DNA of 64,000 bases, taken from Octopus sinensis (lineage: Eukaryota). The notes beneath the pieces are model-generated. The model was given only the letters and a program-made list of their open reading frames with translations. It was not told the origin of the DNA and did not search any database. This document shows positions 38,784-52,531 of the stretch, piece by piece; the first letter of the stretch is position 1, and each line of letters starts with the position of its first letter. Position numbers and translations under genes: made by a program. The stretch spans positions 34,720,001 through 34,784,000 of the forward strand of contig NC_042998.1 in the NCBI RefSeq assembly GCF_006345805.1. Reading direction: 5' to 3'.

Positions 38784-39625
38784 AAACGGATGCTAACCAC
38801 AGAGAAAATGCAGCGCCCGAAAGGAGATGTCGATAGGATGCATCTACCAAAAGCTTCAGAAGGACAAGGCCTGCCTCATCTTGAGCTGACTTTCAAGATT
38901 ATCACTAGTAGATCGGATGCATAACTAATAAAAAAAGTCTTAAGCTCTGCTCTCCAAATTGTAAAATATCATCAGGAATTTGATGAAATATTTGAAACCC
39001 TAAAAATCCTGCCAACGGAAAACAAGACAACAACCATTTACTCCAACGAGTGAAACAGAGTACGAAATACCATGGCCTGCTTCAACTGGGGATAATGTGA
39101 TGTACAAGAAGCACCTAAAATGGATAGAGGATGTAGACGTGAACCAAGTGGTTTAAGAGTAGTGGAGTTAAAGTAGAGACAGAAACTCCCATAATCGATG
39201 CACGAAATCAAAGTTCTGCAAACAGATGCTATCATCGCATTATCAATGAGGAAACAAACCCCACAATGCAAGATTTATGGAAAACATGAAGAAACCATCG
39301 GCCAGATTGTTTGGATGTCTGAAAGTAGCAGACCGAACACCTCCACGAAGATCTAACAAGGTAACTGCGTACCTACACGAGAAAATATGCAGAAGTTATA
39401 GAATCAAGATAACTGAGAAGTGGTATGGACATCAACGAAACACTTTGACTAACATCAATTGCGTCACCGTCCTTTGGGTTATGCTTAGTTTATGGCAGAG
39501 AGGTAAACGCCAACAAGACAGACATCGTTATTAAGGACAGGAAGGCATGAGGTGTATACTTGGAAAAGATCCCAGTTCCAAGGAATACAAAAACCGAAAA
39601 AATACCAGTGGTCATCGGAACAGCG
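38784..39625 (+). mobile_element. Decayed R4/Dong-like (restriction-like endonuclease) LINE 3' part
   Basis: RPKGDVDRMHLPK..EGQGL, VETETPII, CCHC-knuckle remnant with NKV...LHEKIC...EKWY, and ANKTDIVIKD. Confidence 0.75.
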
Positions 39626-41690
39626 ATGAAATCAAATCTAGTTAGATATTTAGCAATATTAAATTTGATTAACCCAAATTAATAACTGACGGTTTTCATT
39701 CTTTTTAATTACACTCCCGGCGAATGTTTTAAATTCAGAAGATTCATTCCTAATGCAGTCTCTAGTTTTGACTATACTTACGATCTAAACAAGATAAGAA
39801 TTCTTATTTTAAAAATTCTTTATAATTTACCTTTGAATTAATGACCTACTATCGTTCACCTTAATCACATAGCTATTGCTACTAATTATTTGAGCAAAAT
39901 ATTAATTGGACAGAATTAACAACACTACGTCCAACTAACTCTGTTGTCAGTCTTGTTTGAATTAGATGAACTTTTACAAAAGAAAATTGACTCTTATAAT
40001 GTTTTTTTTTTCTTTAAAAATATTGTGCCGTGATATTTTCATTGCGGGAAAGAAAGGATTTAGTATCTTGACTATTGAAAAAAGCTCCATTCCACTATTA
40101 TTAAACCTTTTGATCTTTGATGATTAAAAGAGGAATTCAGTAGTGATTCATTAGTGAAGATAACATCTGTCCGAAGTTGCTCTCTCTTTTTTTTTTTTCA
40201 CTTCTAAAAACTGTTTCCTCTTATCAAAATATATTTTAAGTTTCAGATAAAAATTTCGCAAAGAATTTTGTTTTCCTTCGGGGGTATTCTACAGCTGTTT
40301 CTGGATCTATTTTGTGACTTCAAGTGAAACTTGGTCTGATTCACAAGAACCTTAATGTTTGAATTTTATCTTTTCATCTAAGAGCCATTGCCTCTGGCGT
40401 ATTCACTTTTTTCTTACTGTGAGTAGTGAATTCCGTGATTTTGGTTATTTTAATTACAATATTGATGGAAGAATACATTTTAATATTTGTAATTCCTGTA
40501 TGATGATTCTAAAGCTACAAATTTCACCCGGAAATAATTCTACATTTCTAGAGCATAAAATATATAAAAAAAACAACAAAAACAGTTAAATATTTCACCT
40601 GCACAGATATCTTAAACTTCAACATGAAAGTACAATAACTGGATATATTGGTAAAAATAGAACGAAAACACTTTTTGAAACCACCAAAGAATACAATCAT
40701 CCGGTCGTTGAAACGAGAAACAGATTTTCAAGGTATACTTTCTATTGTTTTTCTAATCAATCTATCTATCTATCTATCTATCATGTGACTTCATTGACCG
40801 AGGTTACCGTGGTCTTTTTCGTAGGCTTTTCTTTCCACGGGTAAATCTCACCTGTCCTCCCCTTTACACTTCATATTGACATTTCTGTGATAACGATCCT
40901 TATTGATCAATTTTCCCCCCCTTTTTTTAAAATTTTATTCCCCCCTTTTTTGTCCTCTTTCTTTCCCTTTACGATCCCTTTTGATCGAAAACCAAACTCC
41001 CCTTTTTTACCCCCAAAAGAAAAGCTCTACCTTGTAATTTGTCCTGTCTGTGTGCAGCCCTGTGTAGCTAATAAAGAAACATATCTATCTATCTATCTAT
41101 CTAGATAGATAGATAGATAAGTAAGTGCATGTGTGTGTGCGCGCGTATGTTTATGTATGCGAAACGGTGGAACGACACTTGGTACGCGTAAATACACTTA
41201 CACTCAGACAATTATTATCACCAGATGAAATATCAGTAATTTATAATTTTATACTCGATAAGTCTGCAGAGGAAGATATGACAATGATGATCTTTTGGAT
41301 TCTGGTTCAACCTGTTCTTCAGGTTTTTTTTCTTTTATATAGTCTCACATTCAGTCAACTGAATAGAGAAGGTCGGAACCAGGGCGGGATAACTGTATGT
41401 GTCATTTATAGCACAGCAGAGTAGCCTGCAAAGTGTGCTCCATCCACGGACTGTGGAGTGGCTTTAAAGGTTAATTCTAAAGGTGAAGTGGGTGAAATTT
41501 CATTGATGGAATTTGTATTGCTTGTTAAGGAGAAACAATGTCGAGAAGAATATTTAATGTCTATAGTTAAATGATTAGTCAATTTTCTGTTCACCTGAAT
41601 ATTTATCTATTGCTACTAATCTTTATATCAATTTACCAATCCTAATTTAAACTTAGGCCTGTTGCTTTACAAAAATAAACAAGTGAAATA

Positions 41691-41949
41691 TACATTATTT
41701 ACATTTGATGGATATTTGTCCTCATCTTGTTTGTTGTTAACACAACGTTTCGGCTGATATACCCTCCAGACTTCATCAGGTGTCTTGGGGAAATTATGAA
41801 CCTGAGTTCTCATTCCTCAGGTATTTTTCGATGTTGTTGTTATTATTATTATTATTCGGTTCAATGCCTGGAATCGAACTCGGAATCATGGAGTTAGTAG
41901 CCCGCTACTTAACCACTACTTAACCACTACGCCGTTTGCCCAGAACTGT
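41691..41949 (-). mobile_element. tRNA-headed, hammerhead-bearing element with target-site duplication
   Basis: A box CGGCGTAGTGG (41934-41924), B box GAGTTCGATTCC (41881-41870), (AAT/AAC)n, then the hammerhead. Flanked by AAGTGAAATA(TA) at 41681 and 41950. Confidence 0.85.
41739..41784 (-). ncRNA. Minimal type I hammerhead ribozyme motif, most intact copy
   Basis: GACAC-CTGATGA-A-GTCTG-gagggtatat-CAGCC-GAAA-CGTT-GTGTT. Core intact, one helix II mismatch, helix I GACAC/GTGTT and palindromic helix III ACGT. Confidence 0.7.
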
Positions 41950-41978
41950 AAGTGAAATATAATTAATAAACCAAATGA

Positions 41979-42408
41979 ATAGGCGTAGGTGTGGCTATGT
42001 GGTAAGAACTTTACTTCCTAGTCACATGGTTTCAGGTTCAGTCCCGCTGCGTGGCACCTAGGGTAAGTGTCTTCTACTATAGCCCCTGGGCTGACCAAAG
42101 CTTTGTCAGTGGATTTGGTAGACAAAACCTGAAAGAATCTTCTATATATGTGTGTGTGCGCGCATGCGGCTTTGTGTCTGTGTTTGTTTGCCGCCACCGC
42201 TTTACAACTGGTGTGGAGGTGTTTGCTTTTCCCGTAACTTAGCAGTCGGTGTAGCAAACGAGACCGATAAGTAAGTACCAGAATATACAAAATATAAAAA
42301 AAAAGGAATATTAAGTACTAAAGCCAATTCGTTCGACTAAAATCCTTGAAGGCGGTGCCCCAGCCCGGCCGCAGTTTAATGACTGAAACAAGTAAAAGAT
42401 TAAAAGAT
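41979..42408 (+). mobile_element. SINE family B (diverged)
   Basis: Head, microsatellite and tail are recognisable. Confidence 0.8.
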
Positions 42409-42674
42409 AGGCATACACACAGTCACACCCGCTTGCTCACCCACCTCATTGATGAACAGCTTCCAAACGCATCTATCAAATCCAGCAACAACTCTGATGA
42501 CTCCAAATGCAGCTTTCATGTTGCAAGCTCTAAGCACTGGGTGTTCGGGATAAATTTGAAAGTTTGCATAAAATGAAAGGGAAACACAATATCCCATCCC
42601 AATATATAATCATTAAAAATAAATCAAGCACTACCAACTCGATTCTGGCTGGCTGAGAACAGTTTACTCAAAGT

Positions 42675-42855
42675 AGCCGCTCTCGGTTTCTTCCACGGCC
42701 TCAACACGGCTCCGGAACTTGGTGCACGAGTTCATCTCTGTGTTCTTTGCAATATCTTCAAACACTTCCTTGATTTGGGCCTCCAGCTCGGCCTTGGTGT
42801 TGCAGGCAGAGCAGTTAGTGTCTTTCTCAACCGCGTCCCGCACATAATTATCGAT
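42675..42855 (-). mobile_element. Tc1/mariner (maT/DD37D-like) transposase C-terminal remnant
   Basis: YVRDAVEKDTNCSACNTKAELEAQIKEVF...CTKFRSRVEAV..TESGYFE*, related to 61050-61390. Confidence 0.6.
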
Positions 42856-44123
42856 GATATTACATTCAGGTGAATTCGGAGGCCAGAGAAACTAGGAGAC
42901 ACCTTAAAAATGTCCCATTCACATGCCCAATTTTCAGAGCTTTCTAGATCATCCAAGCCATTTTCTAAGGAAAAAACTAAAATTCTGTCTGAGTCATCAA
43001 AGACCAAAAACAAGAACTCATTTTCAAAGTACTTAACTGCATCAGGAATTCAAACCCTGAACAACAAGCTGGACGACATGCTGCCCCCAGTGACGTATGT
43101 TACGTGAAAGTCCAGGAATACTTTGCAACAATGACTGTGCGTCCTCATCGAGATTTTGTACAGCAGCAGCTATTACTTTCCGTGAAGACACTACACCCCT
43201 TCTCGTTACTTCACTTTTCATTGAATTAACTGCCTTTCGGGCATTAACGTTTGTACAGCTTGCTTGAGTGATTATGGGAGCCCTTTGAAAAATAACTTCC
43301 GGTATACTGGAGTTGAAAGTTGTCTGTAGTCTAGTCCGGCAACCTTTATAAAATCATTCACAACGCCAATATGTTTTTGTTGTGCTCCTGTTAACTCCAT
43401 TCTTTTCGTAGAAATGATTCTCTTCGTCGCAAAGCTTACGTTTGTTCTTCTCTGAAGTTACAAATGTTGCCTTGGTTGAGGGTTTCAAAGTTCAAAGTTA
43501 AACTGAACAGAAAAAAAAAATTAGCAGTACAGTGAAATTCAGTTAAAAAATGAGTAACAATGGCATAAACCTATACTTTAACTAACGACTAATTAGTTAA
43601 GAAGTGTGTAACAAGGGTGTGTGTAATTAATTTTCTATAGACCGTTATTTTCCGAGTAGAATTTACCGTAGTGGAATTTACAGGTCACGTATGAAATCAC
43701 ATGAAAATCGAAATGCCTAGGTTAGGTTGGTAATAATCTTGAACTCCATGCGCCTCTTACGACTTGTGTCACAAAACTTATAAGACAATATCTGGACTTA
43801 AAAGACATACGCTAGTTCACGAAGACATTCCTTCAGAATCAGATTCCAAAGGGCAAAGATGAAGAAGAAACTTGAATAATATCTGTCACTTGTGTCAGTC
43901 AGCAGTTGGTCCTAAAAGTCATCTGAGGGCTCATTAATGGAGGGATTGTGCTATGTGATGGGGTGTGTGTGTGTGTGTTGATGGGGCGGCTATCATCTAT
44001 CAAGATGATGCAAACATCCTATGGACCAGACTATCGAAAGCTATCATACACCGCTGATCACAATGCGCTTCGTACTGTTTTAGTTTTCGATTATAGTCAC
44101 TCCGCTGTCGAGTGGGACTGGCC

Positions 44124-44158
<35 letters not shown>

Positions 44159-44242
44159 GTATATTATATATATGTATATATAACATACATACATATGTAC
44201 ACACACACACACACACACACAAACATGATGTTTAGGTCGTAT

Positions 44243-44658
44243 CTCTTTTACTCTTTTACTTGTTTCAGTCATTTCATTGTGGACATGCTGGAGCACCGCC
44301 TTTAGCCGAGCAAATCGACCCCAGGACTTATTCATTGTAAGCCTAGTACTTATTCTATCGGTCTCTTTTGCCGAACCGCTAAGTTACGGGGATGAAAACA
44401 CACCAGCATCGGTTGTCAAGCGATGTTGGGAGAACAAACACATACACACAAACATATGCACACACATACATATATATATATATACATATATACGACGAGC
44501 TTCTTTCAGTTTCCGTCTACCAAATCCACTCACAAGGCTTTGGTCGGCCCGAGGCTATAGTAGAAGACACTTGCCCAAGGTGCCACGCAGTGGAACTGAA
44601 CCCGGAACCATGTGGTTGGTAAGCAAGATACTTACTACACAGCCACTCCTACGCTTAT
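44243..44658 (-). mobile_element. SINE family B
   Basis: Colinear with 2321-2734. Confidence 0.9.
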
Positions 44659-45522
44659 ATTCTGTACACATTAAGTATTTGGAAATAGGAAGAAATGTAT
44701 TCTTTTGCAGTCCATTTCTGATGCTTTCTGTATACTTTTCTTGTGCTTAAAACTTTCTCATGCAGACAAACTAATTCTGTAAAGTTCTTTGATGTTTCAG
44801 CTCCAGTACTGTTTGTGCACTCGCCTGGAGGCCAACAACAGTTTGATTAAATATCAAGGAGATTGTTATATGTCTTTTAAGTTTTCGTATCTTGCTGGCT
44901 AATAATGATCTACTTCTTAACGTTAATCATCCACAAGGCAGCGAGCTGACAGACTCTTTAGCACGCCAGGCAAAGTACTTAGCGGCATTTCGTCCGCCTT
45001 TATGTTCCGAGTTCAAATTCCGCTGGCGTCGACATTGCTTTTCATCTTTTCAGGGTCGATAAAATAAGTACCATTTGAGGACTGGGGTCAGTGTAATTGG
45101 TCTATTCGCTCCCAGGAATTACTGGCCCTGTGGCAAAATTTGAAACCAATATTAGCATGACTGCAAGGCTACGAGCTGACGGAGTCATTGGCACGCTGGG
45201 TAAAATGCTTAGCGGCATTTCATTGGTCTTTAGTTTCTGAACTCGAGGTCGACTTTACATTTTATCCTTTTGGGGTCGATAAAATAAGTACCAGTTGAGC
45301 ACTGGGATCCATGAAATCGACTTAACCCTTTCCCACGAAATTTCTGGCTTTGTGCCAAACTTTGAAACCTATATTTAACGCATCGTTCTGATGAAATAAT
45401 GAGTGTTTACTTGGTATTCAAACTCTTGGAATCCGTGTCGTTAGAACATTACATAAAATATGTTATAGAGGACATCGTTTGAGATTGGAAATGACGTTAT
45501 ACACAGACGTCGCTTCTATATA

Positions 45523-46420
45523 CGAGGTGTAGTCAAAAAAGTATCCAACCTTCAGTCTTTTTTTTTTTTGCACAAAATAATTATGCGTGAGCAAAATCCA
45601 CATGGGTATAAGGTGACTGCGCCCTTCCTAAGCATGCCTCAAAATCTTTGTGCCTGTAGGTTGTGCCATTCGCCTGCAGTGACGCATTGAGTACAGACGT
45701 GAAGAGTGTGCTGTGCGATTTTTCTTTTTGTGTCAAGATGACCGAACACATAGAGCAAAGATACTCTATCAAATTCTATCAAAAACTTGGTGATATGCAA
45801 GCCCAGACTATTGAAAAGATTCAGAAGGCTTTTGGAGATGATGCTATGGAGAAAACACAAATAAAAGAGTGGTACAACTGGTTCAAAGATGACCACACAT
45901 CAGTGGACAGTGAGCCACATTGTGGCCAGACAATTAACAAAGAATACTACATAGGAGTTCTTCGTCGCCTTCGTGAAGCTGTGCAGCGAAAAAGACCAGA
46001 CCTGCCGACAGCAAAGAACTGGCAACTCCCTTATGGCAACGCACACTTTAATTCCGCCCACGTCGTCCAAGCATTCTTCGTCAAGAAAAACACACCATTT
46101 GTTCGCCAGGCTTCCTACTGCCCAGACTTGGCTCCGTGTGGCTTGGCTATTCCCAAAGCTCAAAAAAAAAACACAAAAAAACCCACTCAAAGGGAGAAGA
46201 TTTGAGTCAACAGAAGACATTAAGCAAAATTCGATGAATCCACAGCATCCCAAAATGTGATTTCCAGAAATGTTTCCAGCAGTGGCAGGAATGCTGGCAG
46301 ATGTGTGTAGACTCCCAAGGTGAATATTTTGAAGGACACTAAATCAAAATAGTGAGTTTTTTTCTAAATATTACTTTTTTTTTGTCCAAAGGTCGGATAC
46401 ATTTTTTTTATTACACTGCG
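45523..46420 (+). mobile_element. Internally deleted mariner with both TIRs and TA TSD
   Basis: TA|CGAGGTGTAGTCAAAAAAGTATCCAACCTT ... AAGGTCGGATACATTTTTTTATTACACTGCG|TA. ORF MTEHIEQRYSIKF...KEWYNWFK jumps to INKEYY...YCPDLAPC. Confidence 0.9.
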
Positions 46421-46760
46421 TATGATGTGGTAACGTAAGAACCTTCAATTAATCAAAGCTGCATCTTTAATGATGGGAACAATCATTACGTATAGGAATA
46501 AATTCTGGTAAAGATGCTGATATTTTGAAATCTAACGTTCATGCTTTGTCGATTTTTTAAAATCTTTATCATTGGATTGCGGCCGTACTGGGGCCTTGAA
46601 AACTTTTAGTGGAACGAATCAACCTAGTACTTAGTATTTTATTCTAAGCTTGATGCTTATTCTATCGGTTGGTAAGTTATGGGGACGCAAATACACCAAC
46701 ACTGGTTGTCAACCTCTCCCCCTCTATCTCTCTCTCTCCATCTATCTATATATGTGTATG

Positions 46761-46955
46761 TATTCTTTTATTTGTTTCAGTCATTTGACTGCGGTCATGC
46801 TGGAGCATCATCTTTAGTACTTATTCTATCGTTTTCTTTTGCCGAATCGCTAGATGATGAGGACATAAACACACTAACTGTCAAGCGATGGTGAGGGGAC
46901 AAAAACACAGACACACATACCAACACACATAAATAAATATAAATAAATAAATAAG

Positions 46956-46997
<42 letters not shown>

Positions 46998-47125
46998 GAC
47001 AGGCTTCTTTCAGTTTCCGTCTACCAAATCCACTCACAAGGCTTTGGTTGGCTCGAAGCTATAGTAGAACCCAGAACCATGTGGTTGGGAGGCAAGCTTC
47101 TTACTACACAGCCACTCCTGCGCCA
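46761..47125 (-). mobile_element. SINE family B with internal deletion
   Basis: Lacks the CACTTGCCCAAG segment. Confidence 0.8.
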
Positions 47126-49544
47126 TATATATAATATATATATATATATACAACCACACACATATATATATACATATATGCGCATATGCACACGAGTGTG
47201 TTTTTGTAAGTGTGCGCGTGTATGCGTTCGTGTGTGTGTTTGTCTGTGTGTGTCCCTCACCATCAGTGTAGGACCATTTGACAATCAGTGATGCTGTGTT
47301 TACATCCCAGTACACATAGCAGGAGAGACCCCGATAGGATAACACAAAGACAGGCGAAATGCTACTATGCATTCTGCCGCCTCGCCATCTTAGATGACGC
47401 ACTTATTGCTTGAAGTTAGAGCGGAAGAGCGATAACGTACGCAAACAAACAGCTTCCGGTTTGTTTTGTGAGCTTTGTTTAAGCTCTTAGAAACTTATAT
47501 TTATGTTATGGTGCCAAGAATCTTGCCCATTGATATGAAATGTCATAGCATTAAACATGGACACGTTTCAAGCTTCTTTCGGTTGAATGTCAAGAACGGC
47601 ATACCATAAAAATGGATTGTAAACTAGAGAGAGAGAGAGAGAGAGAGAGAGTGTTCCTTTTACCATGGCCAAATCTACATATCACACTCTATTGTCTTTA
47701 AACAGGGAAAGACACGTTACTCAGTGTATAGTCCTAGAAACACTGTCTGAAAAGAAAAAAAGGACAGTATGGTCATTGCTGGAATCCTTTGAATCGTAGC
47801 CTATTTGGTCAGGCTTAATTTCGTGACTAAACGGGCCTGACTTGAATTACAAATTATATTTCTCTGTAAATCATGTTTCTCTTAATATTTCTCCAAAATA
47901 GTTGACGACAATCTATCTACTGCGCCCTTGTTTTCTTCTTTCTCTTGGATTAAATGTTGTCAATCGATGAATCTCGGAGAAATGCTTTAACAACCACAAT
48001 ACACAACATGCCAACTACAAGTTGGGTAAGTACTCGTAGATTAAGTACCAGGCTTAAAAGATAGCAAGTACCGGGGTTGATTTGTTCGACCAAAAGTCTT
48101 GAAGGCGGTGCTCCAGCATGGCCGCAAGTAAAAGATAAAAGTTTCACAACACCTGTAAAAACTAATCATCATATGAAAACCTCCCACCTCCCTTACTTCC
48201 TTCCTTCCTTCCTTTCGTCCTTCCTTCTTTTCTTTCTTTCTTTCTTTCTTTCTACTTTTGTTTACCTCTTTATAATATCGAAGTGATTTATTGAATTGAC
48301 ATCGATCTCATGATTCTACTTTTTTTTAAGGATCCAAAGAAAACTCATAGGAAGATTTGAAATCAGACTAGCACGCTGACGAAACACTTGTTAATCATTG
48401 AACGCCCCCGACGTCCCAATCGCTTCTCTATCTCCATATTGAACATTAGTTAGATGTTTCCACTCGTTTCGACAGAAATGAATATACTTGCCATGGAGAC
48501 ACTGCAGAGTGGATGATAGCTGTTTGATCACATGCTGATAATAACTCTAATTATATACTCACATAATACACACAAACACACCTATACCTGCGCACATAAT
48601 TTTCACCAAAGTAGAAAACAAATTTATACTTGGTTAGAAGAACCATTAAAAGCTTATTTGCGATTTCAAAGTACAACCGCAAAAGTAAAAAACATCTGGC
48701 GTATTTTGATCTGGATTTTGAAAGAATTTAGACACTGATTATTGCTGCCATTAATGACAGAATAATATAAAGTTTCCAGGAAGCAAATTCTAAGTCTGCA
48801 TCCTAATCAGTATACGTCAATATTGGATAAATAAAGATCTTATCCCCTCTTAAATTAGTGCCAATTTGTCATGCAGACGAAAGGAAAAGAATGGAAAAGA
48901 CACTGTTTCTAAATCAATATTTTTAACAGTACGAAACTCACATGGAAAAGTAAACGGTTGGTTTACTGCCAAGACGCAGTTTCAATCTCCAAAGAATTCA
49001 TTCTCTTCGTTTGTATCGTTGTTGGTTTTGGGAGAAGAATAAAATCCATAAGACTACGTTTACCAAGCTAAAAACATTGCTTCCGTCTGGTCAGAACGGC
49101 ATAATATAGCCACTATACTTTCCTGTCAGACGGAGGTGATGAGCGGGTTTCATTCCCAGCTAAAGACAGTTCATGTTAGTAAAGCCTTTTGAATACCTGA
49201 AAGTTAGCATTTTTCTTTTACCCCAAAGTTTCCCAAATCGTCAAAAACGACCCATTATATTTTCACATGAAGAATTCTTCAGTGTTAAACTGCAATGCTT
49301 TCACTGCAGTTATGTGTTTTATGCCCTTAAGAAAGACAAGAGTCACAAAGTGGGATTTTAAATTATACAGAGATTTGTGTTAAGTAAATTATTTACATTA
49401 AGTATTGAAAACCTAATTCGTTTGATTGATTTAAAATTGTATTTTTTTTTATGTTCCGCTATAGTTTACAGAATAATTACAATTCGTAACTAGAAGACAG
49501 AAGAAAAAGAAAATGATGCCTTACAACAGCAATTCTTTTCTACT

Positions 49545-50230
49545 CTAGGCCCAACGCCCGAAATGTTTGGGGAGGGGACCAGTCGATTAGATTGACCCCA
49601 GTATGCCACTGGTTTTTAATTTATCGACTTCGAAAGGATGAAAGGCAAGTCGGCTTCGGCGGAATTTGAACTCAGAACGTAAAGACAGACGAAATACCGC
49701 TAAATATTTCGCCCGACGTGCTAACATTTCTTATTTCTTTACTGCCCACAAGGGGCTAAACATAGAGGGGAAAACAAGGACAGACAAAGGGATTAAGTCG
49801 ATTATATCGACCCCTTGTGGTATTTCGTCTGTCTTTACGTTCTGAGTTCAAATTCCGCCGTGGTCGACTTTGCCTTCCATCCTTTCAGAGTCGATAAATT
49901 AAATAACAGTTGCGTACTGGGGTCGATCTAATCGTCTGATCCCCTCCCCCAAAATTTCGGGCATTGTGCCTAGACTAGAAAAGAATATTTGTTTCTTACA
50001 AGGCAGCGAGCTGGCAGAAACGTTAGCATGCCGGGTGAAATGCTTAGCAGTATTTCGTCTGCCGTTACGTTCTCAGTTCAAATTCCGCCGAGGCCGACTT
50101 TACCTTTCATCCTTTCGGGGTCAATAAATTAAGTACCAGTTACGCACTGGGTCGATGTAATTGACTTAACTCATTTGTCTATCCTTGTTTGTTCCCTCTA
50201 TGTTTAGCCTCTAGTGGGTAGTAAAGAAAT
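49545..50230. mobile_element. Cluster of SINE family A copies in both orientations
   Basis: Minus copy 49545-49815, plus partial 49815-49985 and plus monomer 50000-50230. Confidence 0.85.
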
Positions 50231-50470
50231 AACTCCATAGCTTAAGAGAAGCGAACTAAATAAATGCACTTAAACTTTCTACTCTACAAGTTCAGCTGTT
50301 TGCACCTGAAACCGAAACAAATTTTTATTGTGTTGGTCTCCAGGGGTCGCTGTCATAGCTTTTGTAGGCCGTTCAACACAAATAAATCAACACGATTAAT
50401 ATCCTTCACGAGCAATGGGGGAAAATAAAATCCGAGCAAAGGACAAAGAAAATAGCGGTAGAGATATTAG

Positions 50471-50705
50471 GGTACTAGTATCATAGAGTGGTCCCGGTTT
50501 GCGCACACGCGCAGACGCGCGTCCGCGCTAGCCAGACGTAGGCAGTCGATCCTACGAGCTGACTGATGCATGCACGATATATACGATATATACTTGTATC
50601 GATATATACGTGTATACGATACGTACTTGTATATATACGATATATACTTGTATCGCACGTCCCCGATTCGCGCGCAAACCGGGACCACTCTACGATACTA
50701 GTACC
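50471..50705. mobile_element. MITE with ~34-bp TIR and 9-bp TSD (Merlin-like), related to 20738-20982
   Basis: TIR GGTACTAGTATC(A/G)TAGAGTGGTCCCGGTTTGCGC. TSD AGATATTAG at 50462-50470 and 50706-50714. Confidence 0.9.
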
Positions 50706-51555
50706 AGATATTAGAGTGTTATGCTCTTCTAATAAAATCTCAGTGAAATTACTTTGCCAATGCATTAAAACTACGTTGTCATGTCAGCTTGTCTGGTAGC
50801 TACTCTTTTCTTTCAAGTCCTAAATGCCATTGAGATAGACATTATTGGTTCGTGATACAGGTATAAAGTTATAAATTATATAGACGGAGCTCTATTTAAT
50901 TAGTTTTGGACAAGTACTTATTTTATCGACTCGAGAAGGATTAAAAAAACAACAAAGTTAACTTACGCATGATATAAACACAAATACGTGTTTAAATTAC
51001 CGTATTGTTTCGGCAAATTAGGTAATCCGGCGTTTGATCCCGAGTTCCCACCATTTGTGTATACTTATGTAATTTCAAGCCAATTAATATACTATCCCCT
51101 TTTTGAAGAATTCTTCAGTGGGAGGTTTTCATATGATGATTATTGTCTAATTGTATCCGATAGAAAAATATATCCACACGTAATTTAATGAGAGAATTAG
51201 AGCAATATTATATTTTCAGAATGAAGTTATCAAATAATCTCATTTATCCACGAATAACCTATTTGCAGTTAGATGGACAGTAGACTACGCATCAAAGGTT
51301 ATTTTGAACATGGTTCCATTCCATGATGGATATGAACCAGTGGTACTTCGGATCTATCAACTTGGTCAGTCTCGAGTCACAAATAAATTTAGATAGGTAG
51401 TGCTTCGATAACTTCTTTGGACGAGAATCATTCCGATAAGTTTTATTTTGAGAATTTTAATCTTATTTGTTTTAATATTGTATTAAGGTTTACAATTAAG
51501 CCGGTATTCTTATTTTGACTTTAGTTTTTTATGTTGGGGAATTTTTATTTAGATT

Positions 51556-51880
51556 GTGAAGGTGCGTGACTTAGTGGTTAGGGGCATTTGACTCACGATT
51601 GTAAGGTCGTGAGTTCAATTCCCGGTGACGCGTTGTGTTCTTGAGTATGACACTTTATTTCACGTTGCTCCAGTCCACTCAGCTGGCAAAATTAGTTGTA
51701 CCTCTATTTCAAAGGGCAAGCCTTGTCACACTTTGTGTCACGCTGAATCTCCCTGAGAACTGTGTTATGGGTACACGTGTCTGTGGAGTGCTCAACCGCT
51801 TGCACGCTAATTTCACGATCAAGCTGTTCTGTTGATCGTATCAGCCGGGACTCTCGTCATCGTAACAGACGGAGTGCTCC
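51556..51880 (+). mobile_element. tRNA-derived SINE (head D, shared body, tail 2)
   Basis: TTAGTGGTTAGG and GAGTTCAATTCCC boxes. Confidence 0.8.
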
Positions 51881-52531
51881 TTTATTTAGATTGAAGAAGG
51901 ACTGTTACGAAAACCGAACAGTAAGTGTCAGAACGAAAACAAATAAGAAGCTTTTTGTGAGATTTTTGATGACATTTCACTTTACTTTTCGCATTAAATT
52001 AAACACTTTAAAAGATTTTGTCCATTTTTTGCTTCCGCTTCCAACTTCGATACATATTCATATTGATACAATATCAAATCGAAAGAAAGTGAAGTTATGA
52101 TGCCAAAACACTTCTAAAGCTCTAAACTAGTGATTCTCAATAGATGTCTATTTGACCTTTAGGGTTCCATTTGACCTTTGGGGCCTATATAAGGTTTTGT
52201 TGTTAAAAACTTTTGAGAAATGAATTAGTTATACATTTACTATTCAGAAAATATTTTAACATTTTAAAAAATCCAATTCCTAATAATATTTAATTACAAA
52301 AATGTGATAGGTGTTTTTAAAACATCAAATGGCCATCTGCGTAAGTGACCATCTGTGTAAAACAGGAATCGTAGATAAAACGTGGTTGAGAAATGCTGTT
52401 CTAAACATATTTCGAGAGGCTTATTTGTTTCATTCGTAACACAGTGAATGCCTTGGTCGTAGATGTTGATATTCAGCACTCGGTTTCGATTCCACTTCGT
52501 AGGTATTTCATTTAAGGTACACTGCTGATGC

